From Carpediemonas membranifera BICM (taxonomy: Eukaryota > Protista > Fornicata), in NCBI GenBank assembly GCA_019828565.1, contig JAHDYR010000040.1, positions 64,269 through 128,268 on the forward strand: 64,000 bases of DNA, in the 5' to 3' direction. Shown one piece after another: positions 21,877 through 34,400 of the stretch (position 1 is the stretch's first letter; the number at the start of each line of letters is the position of its first letter). A program made the translations under genes and the position numbers. Below the pieces are notes generated by a model, which was not told the DNA's origin, did not search any database, and was given only the letters and a program-made list of their open reading frames with translations.

Positions 21877-22817
21877 CTGGATTGATTGTTACCATTTTTT
21901 TCACGCCTTTCCACAGCGACTGCCCCACCGTCGCCGTGTCACCACAATCCATCAGACAGTGATGCTGTCAGATACTGGCTTCAATTACTGATAGTGAACC
22001 CACCTTGCCCACTAAACCCAGACGATCCATTGATTCGACCTTCATTCCAAGACAGCAGGTGAGGCCGGACGCAATCGGAACATCGTGTCTCATCTCGAGC
22101 GGTTCAATAGGGCTAGCATCCGTTTATGCACTGAACAGACCCAGAACTCGTCTTCAATAATTCCCGAATCTAAATCTTCCGAGTAAGAATCTCAAGACCG
22201 AAAAATTTCGGACGTGGCATATGCTGTGCATATGTCTCCCAAACGCCAGTAGACGCCGCTACTCGTCCAGTTCACTGAATCTTAGCATGCTATGACTCTT
22301 GTGCTCACGGCACTGTCTGCCGGCCGCTCAGCATGAAGGATGACCCAGCCAACCCCGACTGGCTAAAACCAGGTGGATCATGCACACACTACTTTAGCAT
22401 CCGGACATCAGTCGCGGCACAGCTATCTCTGAGTTCAGAGGCGTAGTTCAAATTTTCTACCTCGTTTTCCAGACGATAAGGGGCCTTTAAAGTCGGCAGC
22501 GCGCTAAAGTGAAGAACACTGCCCCTTCATGGTTTTAGGGCGCATGCGTCTGTGGGCCATTGCTTTACCGTCCAGGGGGACCCAACCCAAAGTACTTCCG
22601 GCAAGCAGTATTTATGAAAAAATGACTCAGAGATCGCGGGGTCAGACCATATGAGGGACACTTTAGGCGATTTTGGAGCACTAACACCCCTGGGGAGTCC
22701 GTTGATTCGTTTTGGAGATTGAGGAAATCCTGACCTCCCGAGACCATTCTGTGAAAAGCGCGAAGCAAGTGTAGTTTGTTTCAGACCATTATCTGGTTAC
22801 ATAGGCAGCATCTCTGA

Positions 22818-24003
22818 ATGGCGTCTTATCTCACTACGATTGCCAGTATCTTTGGCACGCTTAGGTTTGTTCTTTCCATCAAAATCGCTCTTATGCCAGT
22901 ATTGCAACGTGGCTTTTTGCTCAGGCCCCGCAGATCATCAAGAACTTCAGGCGTCGCTCTACACTTGGCCTTTCCATGTATTTTATCATCTACTGGTTTG
23001 TTCCACCATTGCTTTCTCACATAGGTTCATCGGCGATGTAGCCAACCTCCTCGGAGGCCTCATCACCGGCACCACGTGGACTCAGATCGCCCAGGCTATC
23101 TACTTTATCGTCGTTGATGGCATCCTCGTATGCCAGTGGTTCATGTTCCACCGGCGTATCTGGCCCTGGTTCTGTCGGTACTTCTCAATGCCCGCCATTG
23201 AAGAGCCGACTGTCGATGACGTCGAGGAGTTCAAGATTGCATTCAGGAACTCGCAGGAGGACCTCGCCGCCATGGGCGAGGCTGCCGTGAAGGCTGAGGA
23301 GGAAGAGGCCGTCCACCATGGCGTGACCTTCCGCACTGAGGAGATGTGCGCCATCGCACCCTTCGCCGTCGCTGCTATCAGCTTGTCCAGCCTCCAGGCC
23401 GGCGAGGGCACACTCGGCACGCTCTGGGGCTACCTCGGCGCCGGCCTGGGTTACCTCAGCGCCGTCTGCTACCTCGCCTCCCGCGCCCCCCAGGTCTGGC
23501 GCAACTTCCGTATCCGTAGCGTCGAGGGCATTGCCCCCATGATGTTCGTCATGGCTGTCGTGGGCAACGGGTCTTACGTGCTCTCGATCATCTTCGCCGC
23601 CCCGTACGACGACAGCTCCTCCGCCGTGGGCACGTTCTACGTTGACCAGATCCCATGGATCCTCGGGTCCGCCGGCACCTTCCTATTTGACTTTACGATC
23701 ATCCTCCAGGTGGTCTACTTCAACATCCTCATGCCCCGACTCAGACGCAACAAGGGCAACGCGCCCGTGCCCACTGACGCTATCGAGCTGAAGACCCCGC
23801 CGGACTTCACCCTCAACCACACGCCTGCCGACCAGTCGGACCCTAGCGTCGTCATCGACAGCGACACCGATCTTAGCCTCGATGACGAGAGGGACGTGAA
23901 TGAGAATGAGGTCGAGGCTGAGGCCGGCACTGATAAGGCCGTCAGTGAGGCCGAGGCCCACTCGGATTCGGCGACGAACGATGTTCTTCCTGATACCCTC
24001 TAA
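22818..24003 (+). CDS. PQ-loop (PQLC2/Ypq-like) lysosomal amino-acid transporter, 3 exons (introns 22865-22899, 22996-23024)
   Basis: Splicing two GTTTGT...YAG introns restores WLFAQAPQIIKNFRRRSTLGLS...YWFIGDVANL; second PQ repeat ASRAPQVWRNFRIRSVEGI. Confidence 0.9.
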
Positions 24004-24138
24004 TGGGACTGCAGGCTGATAAATTCCTCGCGGTTACGGCTTAGCGTTACTGTTACAGTCAGCCTCATTGCTCCCCTGTCTCGTGGCCTTTCTGGCCACT
24101 GACCGCTATACGAATTTTACAAAGTCAAGCTTCTTGGA

Positions 24139-25620
24139 ATGTCTGGCAAAGTGTGCCGTATCTCTGTGCAGCTAGCAGATATTCAAGAGGAGATACTGGA
24201 TTGGAGCAACAAGAAGATCAACGTTTCTAACAATTGGGTTTATGCGCTTGCATACAAGAGCGGCGCGCACAAAGCTGAAACTGAAGTACGGCAATCGCAT
24301 GAGAGAAAACACAATCGGCTCCTTCTCACTACTGAGATACCAGAATCTGACCGAAAGCGCATTGCTAGTTCCACCGGCGACGATGAGTTTTTCGAGCTTC
24401 GTCTCTACGCCAGCCAGGACGATGTTCACAAGCTCTTCGCCGTTCTCGATCTGCGCGACTGGCTCCGTACTGGCAAGGACAGCGAGGGCGTTCCCCGGCC
24501 AGGCACTTATCTCCTGAAGAAGCGTGACGAGCGGGACACTTCGTACTCGACAAAGCAACGTATGCAAAAGCACATGAGTGACTCAAAGCTCCAAAGCAGG
24601 GGTGTGAAGAAGGCAGACATTTCGGCGTTCGTCGACGTCTATGGCGTCGTGCTCGAGACGCCCAAGGTAGCAGCTCCGAGGTCGGCCACAGTTTCAAGAA
24701 CCGGAAGTGCTAGGTCGGCTGGAAAGGCGCGCGCGGCTGTGTCAAACCCGACCCCGCACATCTCCCAGCACAGCAGCACGGCTACGGCCGAGGCTAAGGC
24801 CGACGGGACAGACCCAGCAGCCTCTGTTGCCAAGACATCCAGAGCCTCGCCTGCTGAAGCACCGAGGAAACCCCGTACCCCAGCCACCGCCAAACCAGCA
24901 TCAACTACAAGGCGCACGCCAGCCTCAGCCGAGTCTCGGCAGTCTGCCCGCCCCCGTCCCAAGCCCAGGCCGGAACCCAAGCCGACCGACCTGGACCTTT
25001 ATGCTTGGCAGATGATCGAGAACTACCTCCGGCAAGAACGCGGCGAGAGTTGGGAATCCGTCTACGGCGACATCGACCTGACGGCTATTAAGCAGCAAGT
25101 GGCCGAGATTGTCAGGAAGGACAAGGTAAGGAGGGCCCCGAGCTCCGTCCGATCGACCAAGCCGAAGGGCGAGGTGAAAATCCCGGAGGAGCCCGCGCGC
25201 TATCAGTCAACGCTGGTCGACACTGACCGATCAATTCTGGCGCGGCGAGCCAAGCAGTATCTCGCAGAGATGGCCGAGATCGACCGAAAGGCGGCTGATG
25301 ACGGCAGGATCACTGAGCTTACAGCAACGAATCAGAGCTTGGAGTCCGAGCTGCGTCAGCTGAAGGAAAGGAAGGCGCTCTACCAGGCCGAGATCGCCGC
25401 GATGGAGGATGTAGACAAGCAGTTGACGGCGGCGCTTGAGCTTCAGAGACGCAAGGCGAACGAGGCGACCGAGAACTATGCCCAGACGAGGCGCCAGGGT
25501 CTGACCCGGCGTCTGGACGAGCAGGAGCGGTGGCGGCAAGCCCACATGGCACCCGAGAAGAAGACGAAGCAGGAGGCCCGCGTGGTGCATGCCGCGCCCG
25601 ACGACCTGGCAGACGTCTGA
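24139..25620 (+). CDS. Hypothetical protein with low-complexity linker and C-terminal coiled coil
   Basis: 493-aa ATG ORF. Confidence 0.7.
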   Translation: MSGKVCRISVQLADIQEEILDWSNKKINVSNNWVYALAYKSGAHKAETEVRQSHERKHNRLLLTTEIPESDRKRIASSTGDDEFFELRLYASQDDVHKLFAVLDLRDWLRTGKDSEGVPRPGTYLLKKRDERDTSYSTKQRMQKHMSDSKLQSRGVKKADISAFVDVYGVVLETPKVAAPRSATVSRTGSARSAGKARAAVSNPTPHISQHSSTATAEAKADGTDPAASVAKTSRASPAEAPRKPRTPATAKPASTTRRTPASAESRQSARPRPKPRPEPKPTDLDLYAWQMIENYLRQERGESWESVYGDIDLTAIKQQVAEIVRKDKVRRAPSSVRSTKPKGEVKIPEEPARYQSTLVDTDRSILARRAKQYLAEMAEIDRKAADDGRITELTATNQSLESELRQLKERKALYQAEIAAMEDVDKQLTAALELQRRKANEATENYAQTRRQGLTRRLDEQERWRQAHMAPEKKTKQEARVVHAAPDDLADV

Positions 25621-26019
25621 GCCGCTTGAATGAGATGTATTTTTATTTAACCGAAGCCCCGCCGTTCTCTGCCACTGGCTTTAGCCCTGGGGCCTGAGTC
25701 GCTTAAGATTAAATCATCCTGGCCATTGCGTGGCTTCACTGCCACGTCAGGATGGAACTATGGCGATCGTGGGGCTTCTTAAGTGTAACTGCTCGTGATC
25801 AGGGTCTGAAGCACGCTGCGCACCTCTTCCCTGCTGAGGTAAGAGACCAGTAGGTCGGGCTTCTCTTTCGATCGGAGAGTTCCCTTGTAGTCATCGATGA
25901 AATCGGACCATGAGACAATATTTCGTCCCGGTGATGCGATGTTACTCATATTGAACACTTTTCATTGGCTATTTATCACCATAAATGGCGATCATCACCA
26001 AACAATCACCCTCAAACCG

Positions 26020-27555
26020 ATGGAAAGAGAGGACTATGTCGTCTTTATTCCCACCAGTGCATCTCCGATGACATGCATATCACAATGCTCGGACTTCATC
26101 TCCAACGAGCACTGGGAGGAGGCACTGGCGTTCATCTCGAAGGAATTGCAGTCCCCAGACGTTGGTGATGCGCGAAACGTGATCAATTCGGCATTACGGG
26201 ACATTTCTTCAGACCGTCTGATGGAGCTTTCCCTCCTCGTGACCTCCATCTTCGTCCAGCGGCATCACACCCGCGCTGCCCCAGACCTCGCGGAGTACAC
26301 CTCCACCTGCCTCCAGACACTGGCCAAGACCATCCTGCTGGCGTCTACGTTCGACAACGACGAGATGATCGACACCATTGACGTCCTGACCGACCTTGCC
26401 CGACCGGAGCCCCTCTCTGCCTTCTGTCGCACAGAATCTGTTCATGTCTTCATAGATTTGATTCATTCCCTCCCAATAGCCATTAAGCACAGGATGGTGG
26501 CCCTGATTACAACCAAGGTCCTCCTCGGCCTGCCGTCTGTCGCGGCAGACCCAGCTGCCCGACCCATCATCCCATTCCTCCTTGCTTTCTCAGCGGGATT
26601 GTCAGTAGAGGACGTCACACCGGTATGGAGTCAGATTGAGTCGGATGAGTCAGTGCGTCAGATTCTACTGAGTGAATCGTGGTCTCATTCGCTGTCAATG
26701 AAGCTTGCGAGTCACCGCCTGGCCCTGTCAGGCGAGGGTGGTCTGGTCACAATTCTCCGGATTATGGATGTCACCTCCAAGGAGGCCAGGCAGGCGTTGA
26801 TGGCTTCATATCGTGAAAGAATCGGGATGAATCTTCATCAATCTGACGATCCCGACGCGATACCCATGGATATCAGAAACACGCCTCCAGTGCGAGATCT
26901 GGTGCTATCTCCCGACCAGATCCAAATATTGTGTGATTCCCTCCTGGATGCCAGGACCACCCTCCCATGCGCCGCTGCACATCTGATACTACTGATATTC
27001 ATATCTGATCCAGATTCTGTGGTTGATATGATCTCACCCGAGGCTGCTCTGGACCTGGTTTGGTCTTTGAGGGCTTTCCCCGCGGCCATGGGCAGGATGC
27101 TGGATTTGATTAGCTCGGGCTTGCCAGAAGATGTGCTCAGTGCAGACTCGAGGTACGGAGAGAGTCAAAAGTTCTTGGATCAGATCAGAGCGGTCGATCT
27201 TACTGATGGGATACACCTCCACGATCTTGAATGTATCATTGAATCGAGCGAGATCCTGACCGAATCGCACATGACGCTCAAACAGCTGGGGCTTGCTTCT
27301 GCCGAGGTTGCCATGGCGCTTTCCAGGTCTGGGTTTGCCTCATTCGGCATCCTGGACATCGTCTTGGCCCATATTGCCGAGAAACCATTCGAACAGCGCC
27401 TTGAATTCATCAAAGATCAAATGATTACCATCTCCTCGCATCTCAACCGCGCGTACAAGAGCGTTGTCCGCGCCAGTGGTGTCTTTGACGTCAGCGGGCT
27501 CGACGTACTTGGCCTTCTGGCCCAGGAACGTATCCTGAAAGACGTGGATGAGTAA
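26020..27555 (+). CDS. Hypothetical alpha-helical (ARM/HEAT-like) protein
   Basis: Long Leu-rich ORF, open from 25897; likely start MEREDY at 26020. Confidence 0.65.
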   Translation: MEREDYVVFIPTSASPMTCISQCSDFISNEHWEEALAFISKELQSPDVGDARNVINSALRDISSDRLMELSLLVTSIFVQRHHTRAAPDLAEYTSTCLQTLAKTILLASTFDNDEMIDTIDVLTDLARPEPLSAFCRTESVHVFIDLIHSLPIAIKHRMVALITTKVLLGLPSVAADPAARPIIPFLLAFSAGLSVEDVTPVWSQIESDESVRQILLSESWSHSLSMKLASHRLALSGEGGLVTILRIMDVTSKEARQALMASYRERIGMNLHQSDDPDAIPMDIRNTPPVRDLVLSPDQIQILCDSLLDARTTLPCAAAHLILLIFISDPDSVVDMISPEAALDLVWSLRAFPAAMGRMLDLISSGLPEDVLSADSRYGESQKFLDQIRAVDLTDGIHLHDLECIIESSEILTESHMTLKQLGLASAEVAMALSRSGFASFGILDIVLAHIAEKPFEQRLEFIKDQMITISSHLNRAYKSVVRASGVFDVSGLDVLGLLAQERILKDVDE

Positions 27556-28128
27556 TCAATTGATGGCGGCCTCGGTCGGTGGGGCTTTCTGTGAGGCCCA
27601 ACTGCTTCGTCGGGAAGTCTCTGCCACGTTTCCATAAACATCTCGTTGTCAAGCACTTTAAGGCACAAGATAGATAGATACGTCGGCTATTTCTCTGAAC
27701 CTCGATTGAATGAACAAATTGACCTCACCATCCAATCTAGTCGACAAAGATGGCACCACATATGCTGGTGCAAAGTTCGAACGAAGCCCACAACCGGAAA
27801 CAATTCCCCAGCCCCTCTTCCAGGGCGCCAACGTCTACGGTATCGATCTCTCTTAGAATCAATGGGGCAAAACACCCAACTGGCGCTCAATCGTGGCTTA
27901 TACTCGATATCCTGGTCTGTAGTTGACGCCTGCCAGACCTCATCTTCCGTACCCTGACATTCTTGCTGGATACAAGGCTGTGATGATGCGAAGATGAACG
28001 AGTGTTGTTTTGGTGATCTGAACTGCTATCGACACCGATGACGCGACCATCCCATGCTTTCCCAGCATGCCGTTCCCTCTGCAGTCTCACCGCTGAATAA
28101 ACTGGTTGACTGATCATCTGGTTAGTAT

Positions 28129-28208
28129 TGAAGTTCTCAGCCCAGCAACACGGATGATTTAGATCAATCTGTAATATATGTAACACGTAAACGGGGACCT
28201 GAACTTCA
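28129..28208 (-). repeat. 3' LTR of element B (80 bp)
   Basis: Identical to 37987-38066; directly follows the purine-rich end and TAG stop of pol. Confidence 0.95.
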
Positions 28209-31200
28209 CTACCTCCGCTTCCCCTTCTGCGCGTCCCTCCACGCCTTCATGTACTTCTTGAATTCCTTATTCCAATCGGGGCGTCGGAGCAGGTACAGCT
28301 TCAGGTGCTCGTTATCTTTGAGCTTGTCTGCGTCCACCCATTGCTCGAACACGTCATCTACCTTGGCCCAAGCGACAAAGAACTGAAGGACATCACCAGC
28401 CCATCGTTGACCACCGATTCCGCGCACCACTCCGCACTTGTCATCCTTTCCGCGTTCGACCATAGCCTTTTCGATCGTCATTGCCTCCTGTACACGGTGT
28501 AACCTCGAACCATGCCGCACGTACTTCGCGCTAGTAGCGGGGTCCCATATCTCAGCTGTATCCATATGCCCCGTGTTCACGCTAGTAACCAAATAGGGCC
28601 CGGTCCGCTTGAGCTCGAGCACCGAGTGATTGGCCTTCCTCTTCCCATCAACGTTGCTGGCGCGATCCATCAGCACCCACATACCGATCTCTGGCTTGAC
28701 CTTTCCCCTCATCTCCCCCTCGCCTCTCAAGTCCGTGGGCTTGGCCGTGCCTTCGACGAACTCGTTCGGGGCTCCGCCCAGTGACTCCACCCTCCTGCTG
28801 TTCAGTGTGTCCTCCACTTCGCGCAGCGCTGCCGTCCACCTGGGATCGGTGTCACGGTAGGTGACCCGCTCCAGCTCCCGCCGCACATCCCTGTTCCTCC
28901 TCTCGACAACCCCGTTTGCCTCGTGTCGCTCCGGGGTCGTGTGGTGTACCGTGGCGCCCCACTCACTCTTAATAAACTTCGCGAACTTCGCCGATTTGAA
29001 TTGGCTCCCGGCGTCGGCATGCACCGCCTTAGGCGTGACGGGCCACTCGATCGTCCTCAGAGCCTCGATCGCGTCGTCGGACGTTGTCCTGACCATCGGC
29101 CTGAGCCATGTCCTCCGTGAATATCCGTCCACCGCCACCAGGATATGCTTGGCCGACGGGTCCTCCTCCAACCCGCCCATGGTGTCAATGAAGAGTACAT
29201 CCCCCACCGCGTCGCCCGTCGGTATCTTGCGCGTGGTCCATTGTAGTTGGTCGGCCAGGGATGTAGATCGCTTCTGCTCGTACACGTTCTTCTCTACTGG
29301 GGCGCTGGCGGCCGCCACCTTGGTTGGCATCCGTGACAACATATCGGCCATCGGGTTGTCCACTCCGTTGACGTGGGTCAGCTCGAAGTCGAACCGGTGC
29401 CTCAGGTCCAACGCCCATCCCTGCACCGTTGTGTTCTCCGACTTGTCCATCCACAGGAGGTTCCTATGATCGGTGAACACTCTGATCTTCTTGCCCTTGA
29501 TGTACCTGTCGAAATGCTCGAGACCCTTCTTGACCGCCCACGCTTCCTTCTGTGTCATGTTCCACCTGGCGCGTGACGTGTCAGGTTGGATAGCCTTCGC
29601 AAAGTAGGCCACCGGCAGCCGCTTGCCCTCCCGCTGGACCACCAGAACGGCCCCCACCCCGTGGTCACAGGCGTCAGTCCACACTTCCAACTTGTCGTCT
29701 GGGCTCGGGATCACCATCGCCGTAGCCTTAGCCACCGCGTCCCTGATGGCTTTGAACGCACGCTCGCAGCTCTCATCCCACTCTTTGTCGAAGACCACTC
29801 CCTTCCTCTCGAGCCGATGCAGGGGTGCCTCCATCAACCCCAGCTTCGGGATGCAATCCCTAATCCAGTTGACGGACCCAAGAAACTCCCGCACATCGTG
29901 GACCGACTTGGGCCTTGGTATCTTGAGTATGCCGGCTATCCTGTCGGGGTGTACGCTTCGCTCGCCCTTCCGCACAACCCAGCCGATGTACTCGATCTCA
30001 TCCTTCCCGAACTTGCACTTCTCTTCGCCCAATCCGACGGCGTGCTCCAGCAGCCGGTCGACCACCAAGTCGAGATTCCTATCGTGCTCGTCCTTGTCTC
30101 TGCCGAATATCACAATGTCGTCAATATACACTAGGCAGGCGGTGCCGATCAACTCCCGCAGCACGGCTTCCATTGCCATCTGCATGTGTGCCGCGGCACA
30201 CTTCAGTCCGAAAGGCATGCGGTTATATTCGTACTGTCCGTCCGCCGTTGCGAAGGCGGTGTACCCCTTGCTGTCTTCCTCAATCTCCACCTGGTTGAAG
30301 GCCGCCTTCAAATCAAGGGTACTGAACTTCGAGTTGCCCTCGAGCATCGTGATGATGTCTTCGATGCGGGGCAGGGGGTACTCGTAGTCGTGGGTTAGCG
30401 AATTCAACTTGCGGTAGTCCACGCACAGGCGCTTGTCCCCCGACTTCTTACTCGCCAGTACCACCCTGGAGCTGAACGGAGCCATTGATGGCCTGATGAT
30501 CCCCTTCCTCAACATCGCGGCAACCTCCTTTCTCACCCACCCCGCGTCCTCCGCGGACAGCTTGGCTGGCCATGCCCTGAAATGACCGACGTCGGCCTGC
30601 AGCTTAAGGCTAAACCTCGGCACGTTCGCGGCTGACCCCTCCCTGCCGTAGCGATAGAGCTTCTGCAGCTTCTCCTCTCTTGTGCCGGACGGCGTAGGGT
30701 CGACCCCCAGCCTCTCTGCCGCCTCCGGGGCTATCACACCCCGCTCGACCAACGTGGCGAACCCTACGAACAGGAGCTCCTTCTCCACCAAGCACCACTC
30801 AGTGTGGACACCCGCCAGCCTCGCCCTCGTTGTTGCCACCACCGGTATGATCTCACCGCCAGCCGCTTCTACCTCTTTCACTTCCTTCACAGGTCCGAAT
30901 GTCAGACCCAGCTCCCTCGCTAATCGTGTGGACATCAGGTTGGCCCCGGCCCCAGAGTCTAATAACGCTCGCTCCACTCTGTCCTCGATCATCACCTCTC
31001 GCTCCCATGTCACGGCCTCCGTCTGGCCCGAACACACCACCCTCCTGTTAGGAACCGCCGCTCCACCACCTTCCTTCTCACACGAAACAACATCAACAGC
31101 GTACGCCCGCGCATTTACAGCGTCTGGGCAATCCCTGGCCACGTGCCCCTCCTTCTTGCAACGGAAGCAAACAGGCTGAGGGAGGGGGCATCTGTCGGCG

Positions 31201-31296
31201 AAGTGTCCGGTCTCACCACACCGGAAGCACTTCTGGTGCCGAACAGTCATGCGGGCGACCAGGGGGGCGGAGGCAGTGGTGTGCTCGTCGGCGTGG
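28209..31296 (-). pseudogene. Element B gag-pol, 3' portion (knuckles, PR, RT, RH, IN, chromo-like)
   Basis: Joins 37971-37337 in frame (VETRPTPT|HADEH) when element C and one TSD copy are removed, giving 1240 aa. Confidence 0.92.
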
Positions 31297-31400
31297 GTGG
31301 TGTAGTCAGTATTAATATCTACCAATATCCCTGGGAGGGTCCAAACCTCTTTTTACTCGTAAACTCTTTCTCTTCCAAACCACAGTACTAGTACTTACCT

Positions 31401-34400
31401 ATGGGTAGAGAACAGAAAAAACAAGCGCCGCTCCTGAAAGAGGCAACATTCAGCGCTTTCGTAGCTTTTACGACGTCACTGCGTGACTTTAAGGCTAGAG
31501 GAGGTAAGGCGAAGCTCCGCAAGCTTATAAGCCCGGAGATCCAGTCCTATGCATCACAAGTGCTAGGCTTAGAGACCCTAGAGGAGGTTCCGCTTCCTCA
31601 GGGTGACCAACATGACGACGAACCTTCCACTTCATCACGCAAGCTCAGAGAGAAGATCATCATGCAGCGACTCGCCGCTGCCTTGCGCCCCACCAGAAAG
31701 GAACAATGCCTGAACCTTATCAGGCTGCGCATCGCGGCGTTCACGCCGCTCGAGGTGTCGAAGCTCAACTCGCAGTTCAACACCTTGTTGGAGTGCCTTA
31801 ACATGGACGAGGATGACACCATTCGTGAAGCCTACTTGCGGGCCTTTGCTGTGAAGGGCCAATCCCTCTACTACAGACTGAAGGAGCAGACTGAGGGTTG
31901 CTCACTGGCGGAGACCCAGCAATACACCATGAAGACGGCACGCGACGTAGCCGAGTCGGCTGAGTACCTTGCTCCGTTCACCGAGGCGATCCGCTCCGAT
32001 CAGTCGCGCCGTCCGACAGCGCCCGTGCCAGGCGCCCATCCGCAACGCGGCCAGAGCCGTAACCAGCGCGACCGTCGTGACCGCCGAGATGACCGCCGAG
32101 ACCGCCCCTACGACCGTCGTGACCGCCCGCATGACCATCACCGCCCGGACAAGCGGTCCCGCGATCGGGCTCGCCCTACCAGCACGACCCCAACCTGTTA
32201 CAACTGCGGGGGCAAGGGCCATTTCAGCCCCGAGTGCCGGAAGCCCAAGTCCAAGTGTGAGAAGTGCGGGCGCGAGGGCCACAAGAGAGAGTTCTGTGAC
32301 CGTATAAAGGTCCAGAACTATTCTTATTTGTCTTGTTTCGCGGCGTCTAGCAAACGCAGAGCGCAGGCTCTTCCGATTGTGTCAGGATCCATATACAGGA
32401 CCAGCGCAGAGTCGATGTTGTTCGACTGTGGCGCGTCAGCAACCTTCATATCGCCGCAAGTGGCCGAGAGGTCCGGCGAAAAGATCCTGCATTGTGACCC
32501 GGTCGAGGTGACGACACCGGCTGGAGTCATCACAGTCGACCAGACTATTTCCACCGAAGTAACCTTTGCCAAATCAGCTCTTATCCCCCGTGGGTGCACC
32601 TTTACTACTCGTGCGTACCTCCTACCCTCAGAGTACGATCTAATCATTGGGTACCCTGATATGGTCACCCTGGGGATCCTTCCTCAGATTGACGACTGCG
32701 AGGAGTCTGACGCCAATGACGCCGAGCAGGCTGAAGACGTCTCAACGGTCATTACTCCCCAGAAGTTGAGCCTATTCACCTTGTCTGACAAGTCGTCTTC
32801 CCTTCAGGACAGACTGCTCGCGCGGTTTGTCGGCCTGTTCGAGGACAGAGTAGGGCGTCCGAGTAAGCTCATCCCTTACGATCTAGTCTTGTCTGATGAT
32901 GAACCCGTCTTTAGCCGCGAGTTCTTCATGCCGCCGGAGAAGAAGACACTTCTCCAGGAACACCTTGACGACCTGTCCCGACATGGCTTCATCCAGCCAT
33001 CAGCATCGGCTTACTCCTCACCGGCATTCTTGGTCCCAAAGGGGAAGGACCGTACCCGGTTCGTTATCGACTTCCGTTTGGTCAACGCGAAGACTCCCCC
33101 GTTCAACTACCCTATCCCGATCATAGAGGATTGTCTAGCTAAGCTCAGGGGTAATACCATCTTTGCTACGCTCGACTGCAAGGCCGGCTACCATCAGGTG
33201 GCACTGACGGACCGTTCTCGTCCTCTGACCGCCTTCGGGACTCCCCTTGGACGGTTTGAGTACACGACTATGCCCTTTGGTCTGCGTAACGCTGGTTCTC
33301 ATTTCCAGTGGGCCATGGAGCAGGCTTTCTCCGACCTGATCTCGGCAGGGAAGTGCCTTATTTACATCGATGACATTATTGTCATGGGTCGGGACGAGCC
33401 TTCCTACATAAGGAACCTATGGGACGTCCTGAAACGTTGCCAAGAGTATGACCTACACCTAGGTCGCGATAAGTGCGTCTTCGCCGCGGCTGAGGTCGAG
33501 TTCCTGGGTCGACTCGTGTCCGGAGACACCGTGAGGATTGCCGAAGACCGCATCGACGACATTAAGAAGCTGAAACTACCGACCAGCAAGCGGTCCGCAC
33601 AGGCACTCGTCGGTTTCCTCAATTATTTCCGTGACTTCGTGCCCAACTTCGCGTCCCGAGCTCATCCTCTGTTGCAGGTGTCGGCTGGCAAGGCCGAACC
33701 CGGTGGGCCGGGTCAGCAAGCGGCCCTGGGCGACGTTATCGCCGAGCTCCTTAAGCGGGTCTCCCTCGTTCACTTCAAGACGGACGCGACACATGTCCTC
33801 ATGACCGATGCCTCAGACGTGGGATGCGGCGCCGTATTACTACAGGACGGGCAGCCGATCGCTTTCATGTCCCACGCATTCTCCGCGGTCCAGACTAGGT
33901 GGAGTACCACAGAGCAGGAAGCCTACGCAATCATCCTGGCCGTCCAGCGTTGGCGGAAATTCCTCTCGTGGACGCACTTTACCATCCGTACTGATCACCG
34001 CAACCTGCTGTTCATGGCCAAGTCCATCAACCCCAAGGTCCGTAGATGGTACGACCAACTAGCTGACCTCGATTTCACCATACGTCACGTTCCGGGTGTT
34101 GACAACGGGGCAGCAGATGGCCTTTCTCGCGTGTTCGCTAACACCCTCGATACCCAAGTCGCGGACAGGCTGCAGAAGGCGCATCACTTCGCCGGGGCTC
34201 ACTTGTCCGCCTGGGCGACCAAGAACCTTCTTCGAGACTGGGGCGTGCGCGTCCGCCAGAAGGACGTGGACGACTATATCGCCAAGTGCCCAATATGCCA
34301 GTTAAGGCGTAAGCCCCCGGCCTCTTCCGATGCGGGTTTGCACACCGCGGTCGAGCACCCCTTCGACCGAGTGGCCATGGACACTATGTCCGCTACCTCG

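Noticed and set aside
22766-22785. CAAGTGTAGT resembling the U2 snRNA branch-pairing region
   Set aside because: Flanking U2 stem I/IIa and the Sm site are not recognisable.
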